64,000 nucleotides of DNA from Methanocaldococcus sp. 28A. Its GTDB lineage: Archaea > AGJL01 > Methanococci > Methanococcales > Methanocaldococcaceae. Below are positions 53,656-63,691 of the stretch, in pieces (the stretch's first letter is position 1; every line of letters begins with the position of its first letter). The notes below the pieces were generated by a model, which saw only the letters and a program-made list of their open reading frames with translations, did not search any database and had not been told where the DNA came from. The stretch lies in assembly GCA_049852185.1 (NCBI GenBank), contig CP187540.1, one strand, 5' to 3'. The translations under genes were made by a program, and so were the position numbers.

Positions 53656-54708
53656 TTATGTTGTTGAACTTTCAGCGTCATTATATAGTTCATCTCCAAC
53701 ATCAACCTCTCCCTCAAACCCTCTACTATCTTTCAAAGTTTCTATTCTGAACATATATGATTTATACCAAATATCTTCTGGTTTTTTCTTTATTGGAGCT
53801 AATTCCCATGCTCTTGTTTCTTCTTCATAACCCCAATTTACATAGTGGTTGAAATTTCTTATTATATCAGTTATAACCACATTGAAGTCATTTATTAATG
53901 TTCTTTGAATCTCTCTCCATTTATCTAAAGAGCTTTCTCTTCTTGTAATTCCAAAGTAACCAGCTCTTCGTTCTCCTTTTAATGCTGATATTCCTCTCCC
54001 TATAAATGTTTTTATTGCATAGACGGTCTCTGGTGGGTCAGTTATAAAAGTATCAAATGCTTTACTGTATTTTTCTGGTAAGGGTTTTCTTAAATCTAAG
54101 GTTATAACTTCAATATTTTTGTAATTTAATTGTTCAGCAACTTTTTTTATGAAATTAATTAATCTATCGTCAATATCTACAACAACTATTTTTCTTGGTA
54201 AGTTTGAGAGCATTAAGGCAATGCTTGTTAAGTCATCATCACCCAAAACTAAAATATCCTTATTGAACAAATCTCCTCTTGAATTCATTAAAGCAATTCT
54301 TGATATTGTGCATTCTGGTGTAACGAAACCTTGGTCATATTCATGCTTTGGCATAGGTCTGTCTTTAACAATCTCTTTAAATTTTTTTAGCAAATCTTGA
54401 TAATTCTTTAAAGAAACACCTCTTCCTGCACAGTACTCACAAACGCTATCATCTTTTTTACCAATTCCATAGGATTTTATAAATTCATACCCTTTCTCAG
54501 TAAATTCTATTCCATTACCTATTTTTATTAACCCCTCCTCCTCCAAAACTCTTATAATATCAGCAACTAAAGGTAATGGCTCTTCACTCAAATCAACAAT
54601 TTTCCAAAAATCGTTAGTTGTTAAAATAGCAGATAAAACACTCTCAACTGACTTGTCGTATACTGGAATCTCTGATTTTGTTCTAATCTTCTCTAAGATT
54701 CTATCCAT
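53656..54708 (-). CDS. bpsA: Branched-chain polyamine synthase
   Basis: DQGFVTPE, GDDDLTS, DPPET, C-terminal DAESSTT; GAGGTGA RBS before ATG 54708. Confidence 0.88.
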   Translation of the reverse strand: MDRILEKIRTKSEIPVYDKSVESVLSAILTTNDFWKIVDLSEEPLPLVADIIRVLEEEGLIKIGNGIEFTEKGYEFIKSYGIGKKDDSVCEYCAGRGVSLKNYQDLLKKFKEIVKDRPMPKHEYDQGFVTPECTISRIALMNSRGDLFNKDILVLGDDDLTSIALMLSNLPRKIVVVDIDDRLINFIKKVAEQLNYKNIEVITLDLRKPLPEKYSKAFDTFITDPPETVYAIKTFIGRGISALKGERRAGYFGITRRESSLDKWREIQRTLINDFNVVITDIIRNFNHYVNWGYEEETRAWELAPIKKKPEDIWYKSYMFRIETLKDSRGFEGEVDVGDELYNDAESSTT

Positions 54709-54736
54709 TATTTCACCTCTTTTAAGTGTTTCCCTA

Positions 54737-54878
54737 ACCATAGGGGCTACGCCCCTATTGGGATACCCCGATGCATTATCTCGCTTCGCTCGATAATGCC
54801 TCTTAATGTGGAAAAAATTAAAATGGCATGCTTATGGGGGAGTATCCCAATAGAGGGGGCTACGCCCCCTCTATGGTT
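54737..54878. repeat. BIME-like composite of REP-like palindromes
   Basis: Two inverted units plus a central hairpin GCATTATC-TCGCTTCGCTC-GATAATGC. Confidence 0.8.
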
Positions 54879-55359
54879 TTAAGTATTTTCTATAGCAAGC
54901 TCCCTGCCCTATTCCTTCGTTGATAGAAACCTCTATCCAATTTATATTTGAAAAACCGAGATTTTTTAATCTATCAGCTATTTCATTAGCAAAATATACT
55001 GCCAAATCTTCAGAAGTTGTTGATGGAATAGGCAAAAGTATAACATCCTCAACAGGAATACTGTATTCTTTATTCTCATATTTAAAGTATAAGGTTTTGT
55101 CCATTAACTCATAATAAACCTTTTCATGATTTTTTGGAAGTATTAATTTATGGTCTAATTTATTACAAATCTCTTTTACAATCTTTTTAATTATTTTGAA
55201 GTCACAGACAAATTTAAACTCTCCAACTCTATCTCCATAGAGTTTTACGTCCACATAATAAGAATGTCCATGTATTACTCCACAAGTTGGATGTCCAAAT
55301 ACAATATGAGCTGAAGAAAACCTTAAACCTGCATGCAATCCATTTAACTCTAACATCAT
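54871..55359 (-). CDS. queD: 6-carboxytetrahydropterin synthase / PTPS family
   Basis: FSSAH, C..IHGHSY, DF, LDH, TSEDLA. Confidence 0.85.
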   Translation of the reverse strand: MMLELNGLHAGLRFSSAHIVFGHPTCGVIHGHSYYVDVKLYGDRVGEFKFVCDFKIIKKIVKEICNKLDHKLILPKNHEKVYYELMDKTLYFKYENKEYSIPVEDVILLPIPSTTSEDLAVYFANEIADRLKNLGFSNINWIEVSINEGIGQGACYRKYLKP

Positions 55360-55850
55360 ACCTTTACACCTTTTTTTAGTTTTAAATAATTAACTAATCC
55401 TCCAGCATTTAAAATATCTCTTTCTAAACCTTTTGGTGTTTCACATTTTATTGTTTTGTTTTTATTAATTATTTTAATCTCTTCTCTATCTAAATCAATC
55501 TCAATTATATCTCCATCTTCAATTTCATCAGTATTAGCAATAATAGGAATTAATCCAACATTTATGGCATTTCTATAAAATATTCTTGCAAAACTTTTAG
55601 CTATAACTGCTTTAATTCCACTGTATTTTATTGCTATTACTGCTTGTTCTCTACTTGAACCGCATCCAAAGTTTTCTCCTGCAACTATTATATCCCCCTC
55701 TTTAACTTTTTTTGGGAAATTTTTATCAATCCCAGCCATACAATGTGAAGCTAATTCATAAGGGTCTGTAGTTCTCAAATAAGGTCCTGGGATTATTGCA
55801 TCTGTATCTATATCATCTCCAAATTTATGAACACTTCCTTTAATAATCAT
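55356..55850 (-). CDS. hacB: Homoaconitase small subunit
   Basis: LeuD fold (DTDAIIP, NFGCGSSRE) with the YLRT loop characteristic of methanogen homoaconitase. Confidence 0.85.
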   Translation of the reverse strand: MIIKGSVHKFGDDIDTDAIIPGPYLRTTDPYELASHCMAGIDKNFPKKVKEGDIIVAGENFGCGSSREQAVIAIKYSGIKAVIAKSFARIFYRNAINVGLIPIIANTDEIEDGDIIEIDLDREEIKIINKNKTIKCETPKGLERDILNAGGLVNYLKLKKGVKV

Positions 55851-56102
55851 ATCCTACCACCAAAAAATGTTGATTTTATAGGATTTTTGTAGAAATAAAT
55901 TTTCTATTAATGGTGTTAAAGTTTCAAAGTGCATATATAAATAGAAAAAGTTCTATTTAATTTTAAATTTAACTTAACAAAAATAGAAATAAAAATTTTA
56001 ATATACAATATATAGATTTTATAGATTTATTTTATTATAAAAACTTTTTATAAAAACTTTATAACTTTGAGTCCAAACTCGATATGAATATGAGGGAATA
56101 TA

Positions 56103-57152
56103 ATGAACACCTTTGTAGAAGTTCAAAAATTATATAAAGAATATTATAGCTTTGCAATAAGAAACAACATTATTGAAGTTCCAGATTGTATAGAGTATAG
56201 GGAATTTGGTTATGGATATTTAAATAAGGTTGATAACAGAAATCTATCCTTTAAAAATGAAAGAGAATACAAAAACTGGATTTTAAAAAATGCTCCTTTT
56301 CATTTATATAAATCTTTGGCTTATATGAAATATCCTAATAAGTCTGGTGGAGCGTCTAATAAAGGAATATTTAAGAGAGAATTGGCATTTGATATCGATG
56401 TGCATAAAACAAAAAAATGTAATCATGATGAAGATTGGATTTGCAAACACTGCTTAGAGGAAGCAAAAAATCAAGCTATTTACTTGATTGAAGAATTTTT
56501 AATTCCTGACTTTGGTTTAAATGAAGAAGATTTAAAGATTGTGTTTAGTGGAAATAGGGGTTATCACATCTATATAAAACCAAAGGATGAAAATATTAGG
56601 AATATCATTGAAAATTATTCTAAAGAGGACAGAAGGTTTTTAATGGGCTACATATTAGGAGAAAATCTAAATTTAAATTCAGTTGGTAGTGGTTGGAGAA
56701 GAAGATTAACAAAGGTGATTAAAGAAAAAGATAAAAGAATATCAACAAAAAAACTTGAAAAGGAAAAAAATTGGAAAAAAATTATTGATAATTTAAAGAG
56801 CAAAAACAAAATTTATAATATTATAGAAGAAACTAAAAATAAACTTGAATTGGATGAAAAAGTTATGGATGATGATATAAGGCTTTTGAGGGTTATAAAT
56901 TCTCTACATGGTTATACTGGATTTATTGTTAAGCCATTAAGTAGTTTAAATGAATTAAAGAAATTCAATCCATTAGAAGATGCTGTATTTAAAAATTTTG
57001 AAAATAAATTGTATGAAGTTAATATATATGACAATAGAAAATTCGAAATTGAAATATGCGGAAAAAAATACAACAATAATAGTAAAAAAATTACTGGCTC
57101 AGCTTTGCTATATTTATTTGGGCATAATATTAAATTTGAAATATTAAATTAA
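56103..57152 (+). CDS. priS: DNA primase small subunit
   Basis: REFG, ELAFDID, FSGNRGYH, RLLR..NSLH. Confidence 0.95.
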   Translation: MNTFVEVQKLYKEYYSFAIRNNIIEVPDCIEYREFGYGYLNKVDNRNLSFKNEREYKNWILKNAPFHLYKSLAYMKYPNKSGGASNKGIFKRELAFDIDVHKTKKCNHDEDWICKHCLEEAKNQAIYLIEEFLIPDFGLNEEDLKIVFSGNRGYHIYIKPKDENIRNIIENYSKEDRRFLMGYILGENLNLNSVGSGWRRRLTKVIKEKDKRISTKKLEKEKNWKKIIDNLKSKNKIYNIIEETKNKLELDEKVMDDDIRLLRVINSLHGYTGFIVKPLSSLNELKKFNPLEDAVFKNFENKLYEVNIYDNRKFEIEICGKKYNNNSKKITGSALLYLFGHNIKFEILN

Positions 57153-57811
57153 TCCAATTTTATAACTTCTATTCCATTAACTAATATTTTCCCAGCTTTT
57201 GTTTTCTTTCCTTCTTTCTCTACAAACAATCTTATTTTCCCAGCCCTACAAAAGTGTTGAACTCTCAAACCAATATCTACTAAAGATTTATTATTAAACT
57301 CTCTTCCAATAAATTCTTTTAATGTTTCAGAAGTCGAACCACATGGAGCCTCTCTTAAAATATCAATTTTTTCAATTTTGTTATTTTTAACGTATAATTT
57401 CACTTTTGGTTTTCCAAAATATTTTAAAAATTCTTTTAATTGAGGATAATTATCCAAATAATCTTTTAGTTCATCTTCATCAATATAACACATTAAATAT
57501 GGGCAGAAAGCATTTCCTATTCTTTCAATTTGTTTTTTAAATCCTTCTCCTTTCCAAGCTCCAACAAGAACAAAAGCTTTATTGTTGAGCTCTTTTATTT
57601 TTCTAACGAGCTCGTAGGTTAAATCTGGATTTAGAGTGTAAGTTATAAATAAATCATAATTTTTTAATTTTTCGGCAGTATCTTCACTTATTGTTATTTC
57701 ATCAAAATCTCCATAATAATTAACAATTATAAAATCACATGGAAATTTTGATTTAATTATTTTATAAGCTCTCTCTCCATAAGTTCCATCGGTTAAAATA
57801 GCAACCTTCAC
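57149..57811 (-). CDS. DUF166-family protein
   Basis: G.YGER, NPDL, FGKPK, REAPCGST motifs; GTG start. Confidence 0.75.
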   Translation of the reverse strand: MKVAILTDGTYGERAYKIIKSKFPCDFIIVNYYGDFDEITISEDTAEKLKNYDLFITYTLNPDLTYELVRKIKELNNKAFVLVGAWKGEGFKKQIERIGNAFCPYLMCYIDEDELKDYLDNYPQLKEFLKYFGKPKVKLYVKNNKIEKIDILREAPCGSTSETLKEFIGREFNNKSLVDIGLRVQHFCRAGKIRLFVEKEGKKTKAGKILVNGIEVIKLD

Positions 57812-57860
57812 ACTTCCACCATATATTTAAATTAATAAATATACTATACAAAAATAAAAA

Positions 57861-57936
57861 TGGTAGCCCGGCGCGGATTCGAACCGCGGTCCCGGGGTCC
57901 AAAGCCCCGGATGATAGGCCACTACACCACCGGGCT
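57861..57936 (-). tRNA. tRNA-Gln(UUG)
   Basis: Cloverleaf AGCCCGG...CCGGGCT-A-CCA; anticodon loop CTTTGGA; GGTTCGAATCC. Confidence 0.97.
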
Positions 57937-58021
57937 ACATCAAACGTAAGCAATTTAGTAAATACTAAGAAGAGGTATATATACTTTTCGGCGTAATGTT
58001 TATATATTAGAGGTTGTAATT

Positions 58022-58135
58022 TATAGTTGTGTGCAAAATGAAATAAACTTTAAAAAGGAAATTTTGAATGCCTTCCTTATGGAAGGTAGTCTTTAATACC
58101 TTATTTTAATTAAGATAGTTTTGCACACAACTATA
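58022..58135. repeat. MITE, TATAGTTGTGTGCAAAA family
   Basis: Perfect 17-bp TIR. Confidence 0.9.
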
Positions 58136-58148
58136 ACTATGCTAAGGT

Positions 58149-58225
58149 GCCTCGGTAGCTCAGCCTGGCGGAGCGCCTGCTTGGTAAGCAGGAGGTCGCG
58201 GGTTCAAACCCCGCCCGAGGCTCCA
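58149..58225 (+). tRNA. tRNA-Thr(GGU)
   Basis: GCCTCGG...CCGAGGC-T-CCA; anticodon loop TTGGTAA. Confidence 0.97.
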
Positions 58226-58268
58226 TTTTTTATTTTAGAAGTAAATATTTACTAATTTGAATATAAAA

Positions 58269-59000
58269 TTATTTTGTATCATTAGAAGATTCTTCTTTTT
58301 CATTTTCTTTGATTATTCCAATTGATTTCAAAATATCTTTTAAAAATTCTATAGTTCCTATCTTTCCTTCTCTACTTCTAACTTCATAAACCTTCAAAGG
58401 ATTAATTGCTCTATATATATCATGTTCAGAAACTCCCAAATCTCTACTTCTTGCCTGACAAACTCTTATAGCAACATCGTTAATCTTTGAATCAGCCTCA
58501 TCAGCATAATGTACTATATAGGCCTCTAATGAGTTTGGTCTTGTTGGAGAATGTTCTCCATGGTGAGAGGCTACTATTTTAATAACTTCAATTGGAAAAT
58601 CTCTTTTGTAGAGTTCAGCAACTGCTAATGTTAGATGGTCTAAATTGAACATATCATAGTGGTCAAAAGTGCCATCTTCTTTTCTTATATAGTTATATGG
58701 TTTCATTATATCATGCAATAGAGCTCCAGCAATTATGTAATCCCTATTAACCTTAACACCATAAACCTCTTCTAAAACATCAGCCATCTTTAAAGCCATC
58801 TTTGTTACTGATACTGTATGCTCTATCAAGCCCCCCTCATATCTATGATGCCAATTTATACTTGCGGGAGCTTCTTCAACACTAATACCTGTATCCACAA
58901 TACCTGAGTGTGTTGCCTTAGGATTTTTCAAAAATTCAATAACCTTATTTCTTAGCTCTTCATCCTTTATTAGCTCTGCAAGTTTTATTAATCTCTCCAT
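58269..59000 (-). CDS. mptB: HD-domain phosphodiesterase (MptB-like)
   Basis: APAS..HH...GGLIEH, LLHDIMK, SHHG, HYAD; RBS favours ATG 59000; matches the remembered priS-tRNA-mptB-eppA context. Confidence 0.7.
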   Translation of the reverse strand: MERLIKLAELIKDEELRNKVIEFLKNPKATHSGIVDTGISVEEAPASINWHHRYEGGLIEHTVSVTKMALKMADVLEEVYGVKVNRDYIIAGALLHDIMKPYNYIRKEDGTFDHYDMFNLDHLTLAVAELYKRDFPIEVIKIVASHHGEHSPTRPNSLEAYIVHYADEADSKINDVAIRVCQARSRDLGVSEHDIYRAINPLKVYEVRSREGKIGTIEFLKDILKSIGIIKENEKEESSNDTK

Positions 59001-59081
59001 TAAAATCACCACATAAACTTTTAAATACATATAAAAGTCAAAGTATAGAATAATATTTAAGCTATTTAAAGGTGTTGTGTG

Positions 59082-59441
59082 ATGATTGAACTTGCTAAAA
59101 ATCATCTAAAAAAAGTTATAGAGGTTTGTGGAGCTAACAGACATTGTGAATACTATCCCTGCCATTTTGATGGACAGGTGTGTTTGTGGTGTTACTGCCC
59201 TTTTTATCCATGTGAAGATGAAGAATTGGGAGAGTATATTGAAAGAAAAGATGGAACAAAAATTTGGAGTTGTATGAGGTGTTCTTGGATACATAGAGTA
59301 GATGTTACTACTGAAATACTAAAAGAAATTTTAAATTTAACGAAAGATAAAAGCATAGATGAAGCTCTAAAAATCTTAGATAACCTTGAGGTGATGTTAA
59401 AAATAAAAGAGAAAGTTAAATCTAAATATCCGAATAGGTGA
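59082..59441 (+). CDS. Cysteine-rich small domain protein
   Basis: CEYYPCH...CLWCYCPFYPC...WSCMRC..IH. Confidence 0.85.
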   Translation: MIELAKNHLKKVIEVCGANRHCEYYPCHFDGQVCLWCYCPFYPCEDEELGEYIERKDGTKIWSCMRCSWIHRVDVTTEILKEILNLTKDKSIDEALKILDNLEVMLKIKEKVKSKYPNR

Positions 59442-59445
59442 AATT

Positions 59446-60462
59446 GTGGATGTATTGAATATAGTTTACATTATTAATTTTATATTACTTATTTTAGCGT
59501 CAATCACTGATATTAAAGAAAGAATTATTCCCCATAAGTATATAATCGCCATGATTATAATAAATTTGATTGTTGGGTATTATTATTTTGGAATTAACGC
59601 AATTATCGCATTTTTCTCTACGTTAATGTTATGTTTAATACTAAGTATTGGAATGGGAGGAGGAGATGTTAAGCTATTTACAGCTTTAGCCCCTATTTTT
59701 GCATACCCTAACTCTCTTGTATTTTATATCCCAAAATATATCCTCTACCTAATAGCAGTTAGCATGTTTATTGCTGCAGTTTTTCCAATGTTTAAAATTT
59801 TAACAAGATATTGGAAAGATATTTTACCTTCAGCTTGTTATTTAACTATGATTCTTGGGATATTATATTACTTTATAAATATCTATAAAATTCCATATGC
59901 ATCAATAATAATATGGGCCTACATTATTTTTTCCATATTTATCTCACGAAAAATACCTAAATATAACGAATATACGAAAAAATTGGGCTATTTGTTTCCA
60001 ATATATCTACTACTCCTTTACATATTTAATCCAACATACTTTATTAAGTATAATGTGTTAGTCTCATCAATAATATATCTTTGCGAAATAATACTAATAT
60101 CTATTGTTATTTATGCCCTTACAGGTGTAGAAATTTCAGATAAAAAGCATGTTGAAGAGTTAAAGGAAGGAGACATTTTAAGAGATGTGATAATTATAGA
60201 TAACGATAAAGTTGAAGTGAAAAACTTAAATATAATAAAAAGAATAAAATTTCTGTTAGAACAAGAGATTAAAAAAGATAAAAAAGAAGTAATAATAACT
60301 GATGGAGAAGGGTTGTCCAATGAAGATATCCAAAAAATAAAAAAACTATATAGAGAAGGAAAAGTTCCAGAGAAACTGAACATTATAAAAACTTATCCAT
60401 TTGTTCCATTTGTTGCTATAAGCTATATAATTATCCTTGCATTATTAAAAATTAAAATTTAA
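59446..60462 (+). CDS. eppA: EppA-type class III prepilin peptidase
   Basis: TDIKER, GGGDVK, extra TMs, C-terminal PFVP. Confidence 0.88.
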   Translation: MDVLNIVYIINFILLILASITDIKERIIPHKYIIAMIIINLIVGYYYFGINAIIAFFSTLMLCLILSIGMGGGDVKLFTALAPIFAYPNSLVFYIPKYILYLIAVSMFIAAVFPMFKILTRYWKDILPSACYLTMILGILYYFINIYKIPYASIIIWAYIIFSIFISRKIPKYNEYTKKLGYLFPIYLLLLYIFNPTYFIKYNVLVSSIIYLCEIILISIVIYALTGVEISDKKHVEELKEGDILRDVIIIDNDKVEVKNLNIIKRIKFLLEQEIKKDKKEVIITDGEGLSNEDIQKIKKLYREGKVPEKLNIIKTYPFVPFVAISYIIILALLKIKI

Positions 60463-60490
60463 AATTTCAAAATTATGTAGTGTGAGTACT

Positions 60491-60883
60491 ATGATAAGTA
60501 AGTTAACAAAATCAAAAAAAGCTCAAGTATCTCTTGAATTCTCAATTTTGTTTCTTTTTATATTATTAATATCACTCATAACTATAAGTTATTTTTTATT
60601 ACAAAACTTCTCGAAAGATGATTTAGTTATAGATTCAGTAGATAGTGCTGCAAAAACTTCAGTTTTGTTAATAAATTCAGGATATAATGGAATTCATTCT
60701 AATACTACATTAATCTATGTAGGAATTTCATGGTCAGATGATAAAAAGAGCATATATATCTACATAAGTCCAGATAATGTAACAAGCGAAATAAAAAATT
60801 TTATTAAAAGCTATATTTACAACACTACAAAGATAAATCAAAGTGTGTATAATATATCTATAATAACTATAAATCCAACCTAA
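60491..60883 (+). CDS. Class III signal-peptide (pilin-like) protein
   Basis: KKA|QVSLEF followed by a hydrophobic helix. Confidence 0.88.
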   Translation: MISKLTKSKKAQVSLEFSILFLFILLISLITISYFLLQNFSKDDLVIDSVDSAAKTSVLLINSGYNGIHSNTTLIYVGISWSDDKKSIYIYISPDNVTSEIKNFIKSYIYNTTKINQSVYNISIITINPT

Positions 60884-60919
60884 ATAATATAGTTTAATAA
60901 TAAAAATTAAGGTGGTTAG

Positions 60920-62107
60920 ATGGTAGATATATCAAAAATAAGAACTTTAAAAGAAAAAAGTAAAGGAAGACGACCAAAATCTAATTTGAAAACAATTATT
61001 ATTATAATAGTTACTATTTCTGCTGTAGCACTTTTGATATTAACTGTTCCATCAATTATTGAAACTTTTAAACAAGAGAAAATATTAGCCATGCAAAATT
61101 TTGAAAAAACAAAAAGTGATGCTATAAAACAAATAAATATAATGTTTTCTAAGTATCCATCAGACCCTATGAAAAATATATTTATAGCAAAAATATATGC
61201 AGCAAATAATGAAGAAGAAATAAGTAAGGTTATTAATGAAGCCAGTTATTATATAAAACTTAAAGAGTATAAGGAGACTATTATAAATTATATTAAAAAT
61301 TATTATGGAAAATTCTATAACATGAGTACTTTAGCCCAAGAAACTGTTTTTAAAATACAGTCAGCTAATACTATTGGGGAAGTAAATAAAATCTATAACG
61401 AATATATACAACTTCGTGACTCTGATTTAGAATCTATAAAATCACAATATAAAGCAAAACTGCTACAGGATATATATAACATTATAGAAACTGGTAACAT
61501 TTTTTATTTAAAATCTGAGAAACAATTTATTACAAAAGAACAGTTACTAAATATCCTTAAAACAGCTGATATTAATGAGTTAGAAAATATAAAGAATAAT
61601 TTAGAAACCCCTTCGGAATTATGTAAAGTTTCGTTAGTAGTATCTCCAAATCAATTACCAGACTTACCTAAAAAAGGTGAAATTCTAAATATATACAACA
61701 AGAATGGGTCATTAATCACATCTACATTAGTAGATAGAGTGTATGTAATTGTAAAAAACGTACAATATTCTGAAAGTAAAAGTGTAGAGAGTAGTGTATC
61801 AATGTATGGTAGTACTATAAAAAAATCTGCAAATTCTAATATACAATATAATATAAATGATATCCCAGGAATATTACACGCTACTGTAATAGGTAGATTA
61901 GATTATAATAAAATAGAACAGATGTTTGAAGACTACGGTTATAGATTAAATGAATTAGAACAAAAAACTCAAATACTAGATACTAATAATGTAAAATATT
62001 TATTAGTGCTTTATGTTCCACAGGATACAGTAAATGACTTAGCAAAACAAAAACCTGAAAATTTATATATTTCTGTAATTATAGGTGGAGATTATGAGAA
62101 CTCTTAA
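60920..62107 (+). CDS. DUF515-like pilus-locus protein
   Basis: N-terminal TM, helical repeats, position in the eppA locus. Confidence 0.7.
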   Translation: MVDISKIRTLKEKSKGRRPKSNLKTIIIIIVTISAVALLILTVPSIIETFKQEKILAMQNFEKTKSDAIKQINIMFSKYPSDPMKNIFIAKIYAANNEEEISKVINEASYYIKLKEYKETIINYIKNYYGKFYNMSTLAQETVFKIQSANTIGEVNKIYNEYIQLRDSDLESIKSQYKAKLLQDIYNIIETGNIFYLKSEKQFITKEQLLNILKTADINELENIKNNLETPSELCKVSLVVSPNQLPDLPKKGEILNIYNKNGSLITSTLVDRVYVIVKNVQYSESKSVESSVSMYGSTIKKSANSNIQYNINDIPGILHATVIGRLDYNKIEQMFEDYGYRLNELEQKTQILDTNNVKYLLVLYVPQDTVNDLAKQKPENLYISVIIGGDYENS

Positions 62108-63239
62108 ATCTCTAATATGTATATATTTTTTATTGATGATTTTTAATGTGGGTTATTCAATAATTAATTACATTCCAGATGAATATGTTTATGACATAAA
62201 ACCAACGGATATTGAAGGTTTCGCATATCTCCAATATGACTTTACATTAGAGGGAGAACTAACCAATGATTATCCATATTCAGTTTTTATTACGCTACCA
62301 TCTTCTAATACAAATTATGATGTTTATCAAATATGTTCTGGAAGAGCTGATGAAATTGATCAAAAAATAAGATTATACGGTTATGAGAATTATATGTGGG
62401 TAGATTATGACGTATATCCTAATGAGTTATGGATAATTACTAATCCTCAAACGTTAGATAAAATTAGCTATGAATTACCTTTAGATATACCACCATCTGC
62501 AACAAGAGTTACATACAAATATCCATCTGTTAATATTACATTATCCTCAAACATCACCGGAGAAGGTAATTTCACATATAAACTTTATAAGTATATAGGT
62601 AATTGGAATGTAATATATCCAAATAGTAATACTACATTAAATGGTGTCAACGGTTTTTGGTTACCTCCATATACAACAGTTAAGGTAAAAATAGTTGGTA
62701 GTTTTAACACATATATTGGAAATTCTTATGACAATAAAAATTTTGAGATATACGGTCCTGCAGTAGTAAATGAGATTAGAGTATTAGATCCAAAAAAGAT
62801 ATTTAGTTGTGCTATGGAAAATGGAATTAAAATTGATTATCTTAAATTATATGTTAGAGGAAAAATAGAGAAGAGTAATAATACAGAAACTATTTCTATA
62901 GTGATTCCTGCACCATTAATTATTGAAAATTATAATAGCTTTTCAAAAATAACGTATACTAATTACAATACTAACATATGGATAGACTCTTATGAAAAAT
63001 GGGTAGACAATCTTGAAAAATTATCAAATTCTAACGAAAATGAATACTATGTTGAAGCGGAAGATACTTCATATATTTCAGGGGCGTTATCTCCTGATGA
63101 CCCATTAATTCCTAAATTTGGTTGGGACGTTGAAGATACAAAATCATTATTTACAAAATTTGATGTTCCTGCTATTGCCTACACAACAAGTTCAGATGAA
63201 CCTATAGAGTTTGCCTATGTGGTTTATTGGAATAAATAA
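62094..63239 (+). CDS. Secreted pilus-locus protein
   Basis: Signal peptide; overlaps the upstream gene. Confidence 0.7.
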   Translation: MRTLKSLICIYFLLMIFNVGYSIINYIPDEYVYDIKPTDIEGFAYLQYDFTLEGELTNDYPYSVFITLPSSNTNYDVYQICSGRADEIDQKIRLYGYENYMWVDYDVYPNELWIITNPQTLDKISYELPLDIPPSATRVTYKYPSVNITLSSNITGEGNFTYKLYKYIGNWNVIYPNSNTTLNGVNGFWLPPYTTVKVKIVGSFNTYIGNSYDNKNFEIYGPAVVNEIRVLDPKKIFSCAMENGIKIDYLKLYVRGKIEKSNNTETISIVIPAPLIIENYNSFSKITYTNYNTNIWIDSYEKWVDNLEKLSNSNENEYYVEAEDTSYISGALSPDDPLIPKFGWDVEDTKSLFTKFDVPAIAYTTSSDEPIEFAYVVYWNK

Positions 63240-63260
63240 AAATATTTTTAAGGGATTGTT

Positions 63261-63680
63261 ATGTTATTTAATAAAAGAGCCCAATTATCCTTAGAATTTT
63301 CTATATTATTTTTAGTTTCATTACTAGTAATTACTATTGCCGTAGGTTGGCCAGGAATGTTTGGATTAAAAAAAACTGCCACTATATCTTCAATGAGTTT
63401 AGCACATGCAGCTGTTTCTAAGATGAAGCAGAATATAGAATTAGTAGCAGCCGCAGATGTAGGAACTACAAAAATTGTTTATATAAAATGCCCTCCAGGA
63501 GAGTGGTATGTTTTTAATAATCAATTACAATTTAAAAATTCCTTATTTAATTACACAATATCAACAAATTGTAGTGTAAATATAACTTTAAAAGGAAATA
63601 CAAATATATCCACAAGTAGAATAATCACAGTTAATATAACAAAAACTAATGTAGATAGCGTAACAGTTAATATTCAATAA
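63261..63680 (+). CDS. Class III signal-peptide (pilin-like) protein
   Basis: KRA|QLSLEF followed by a hydrophobic helix. Confidence 0.88.
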   Translation: MLFNKRAQLSLEFSILFLVSLLVITIAVGWPGMFGLKKTATISSMSLAHAAVSKMKQNIELVAAADVGTTKIVYIKCPPGEWYVFNNQLQFKNSLFNYTISTNCSVNITLKGNTNISTSRIITVNITKTNVDSVTVNIQ

Positions 63681-63691
63681 AAAATAGTTGT

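Noticed and set aside
57762-57953. 63-aa ORF
   Set aside because: Overlaps tRNA-Gln; spurious
59446-63680. eppA pilus locus as a novel system
   Set aside because: Matches the described methanococcal EppA-dependent type IV pilus cluster
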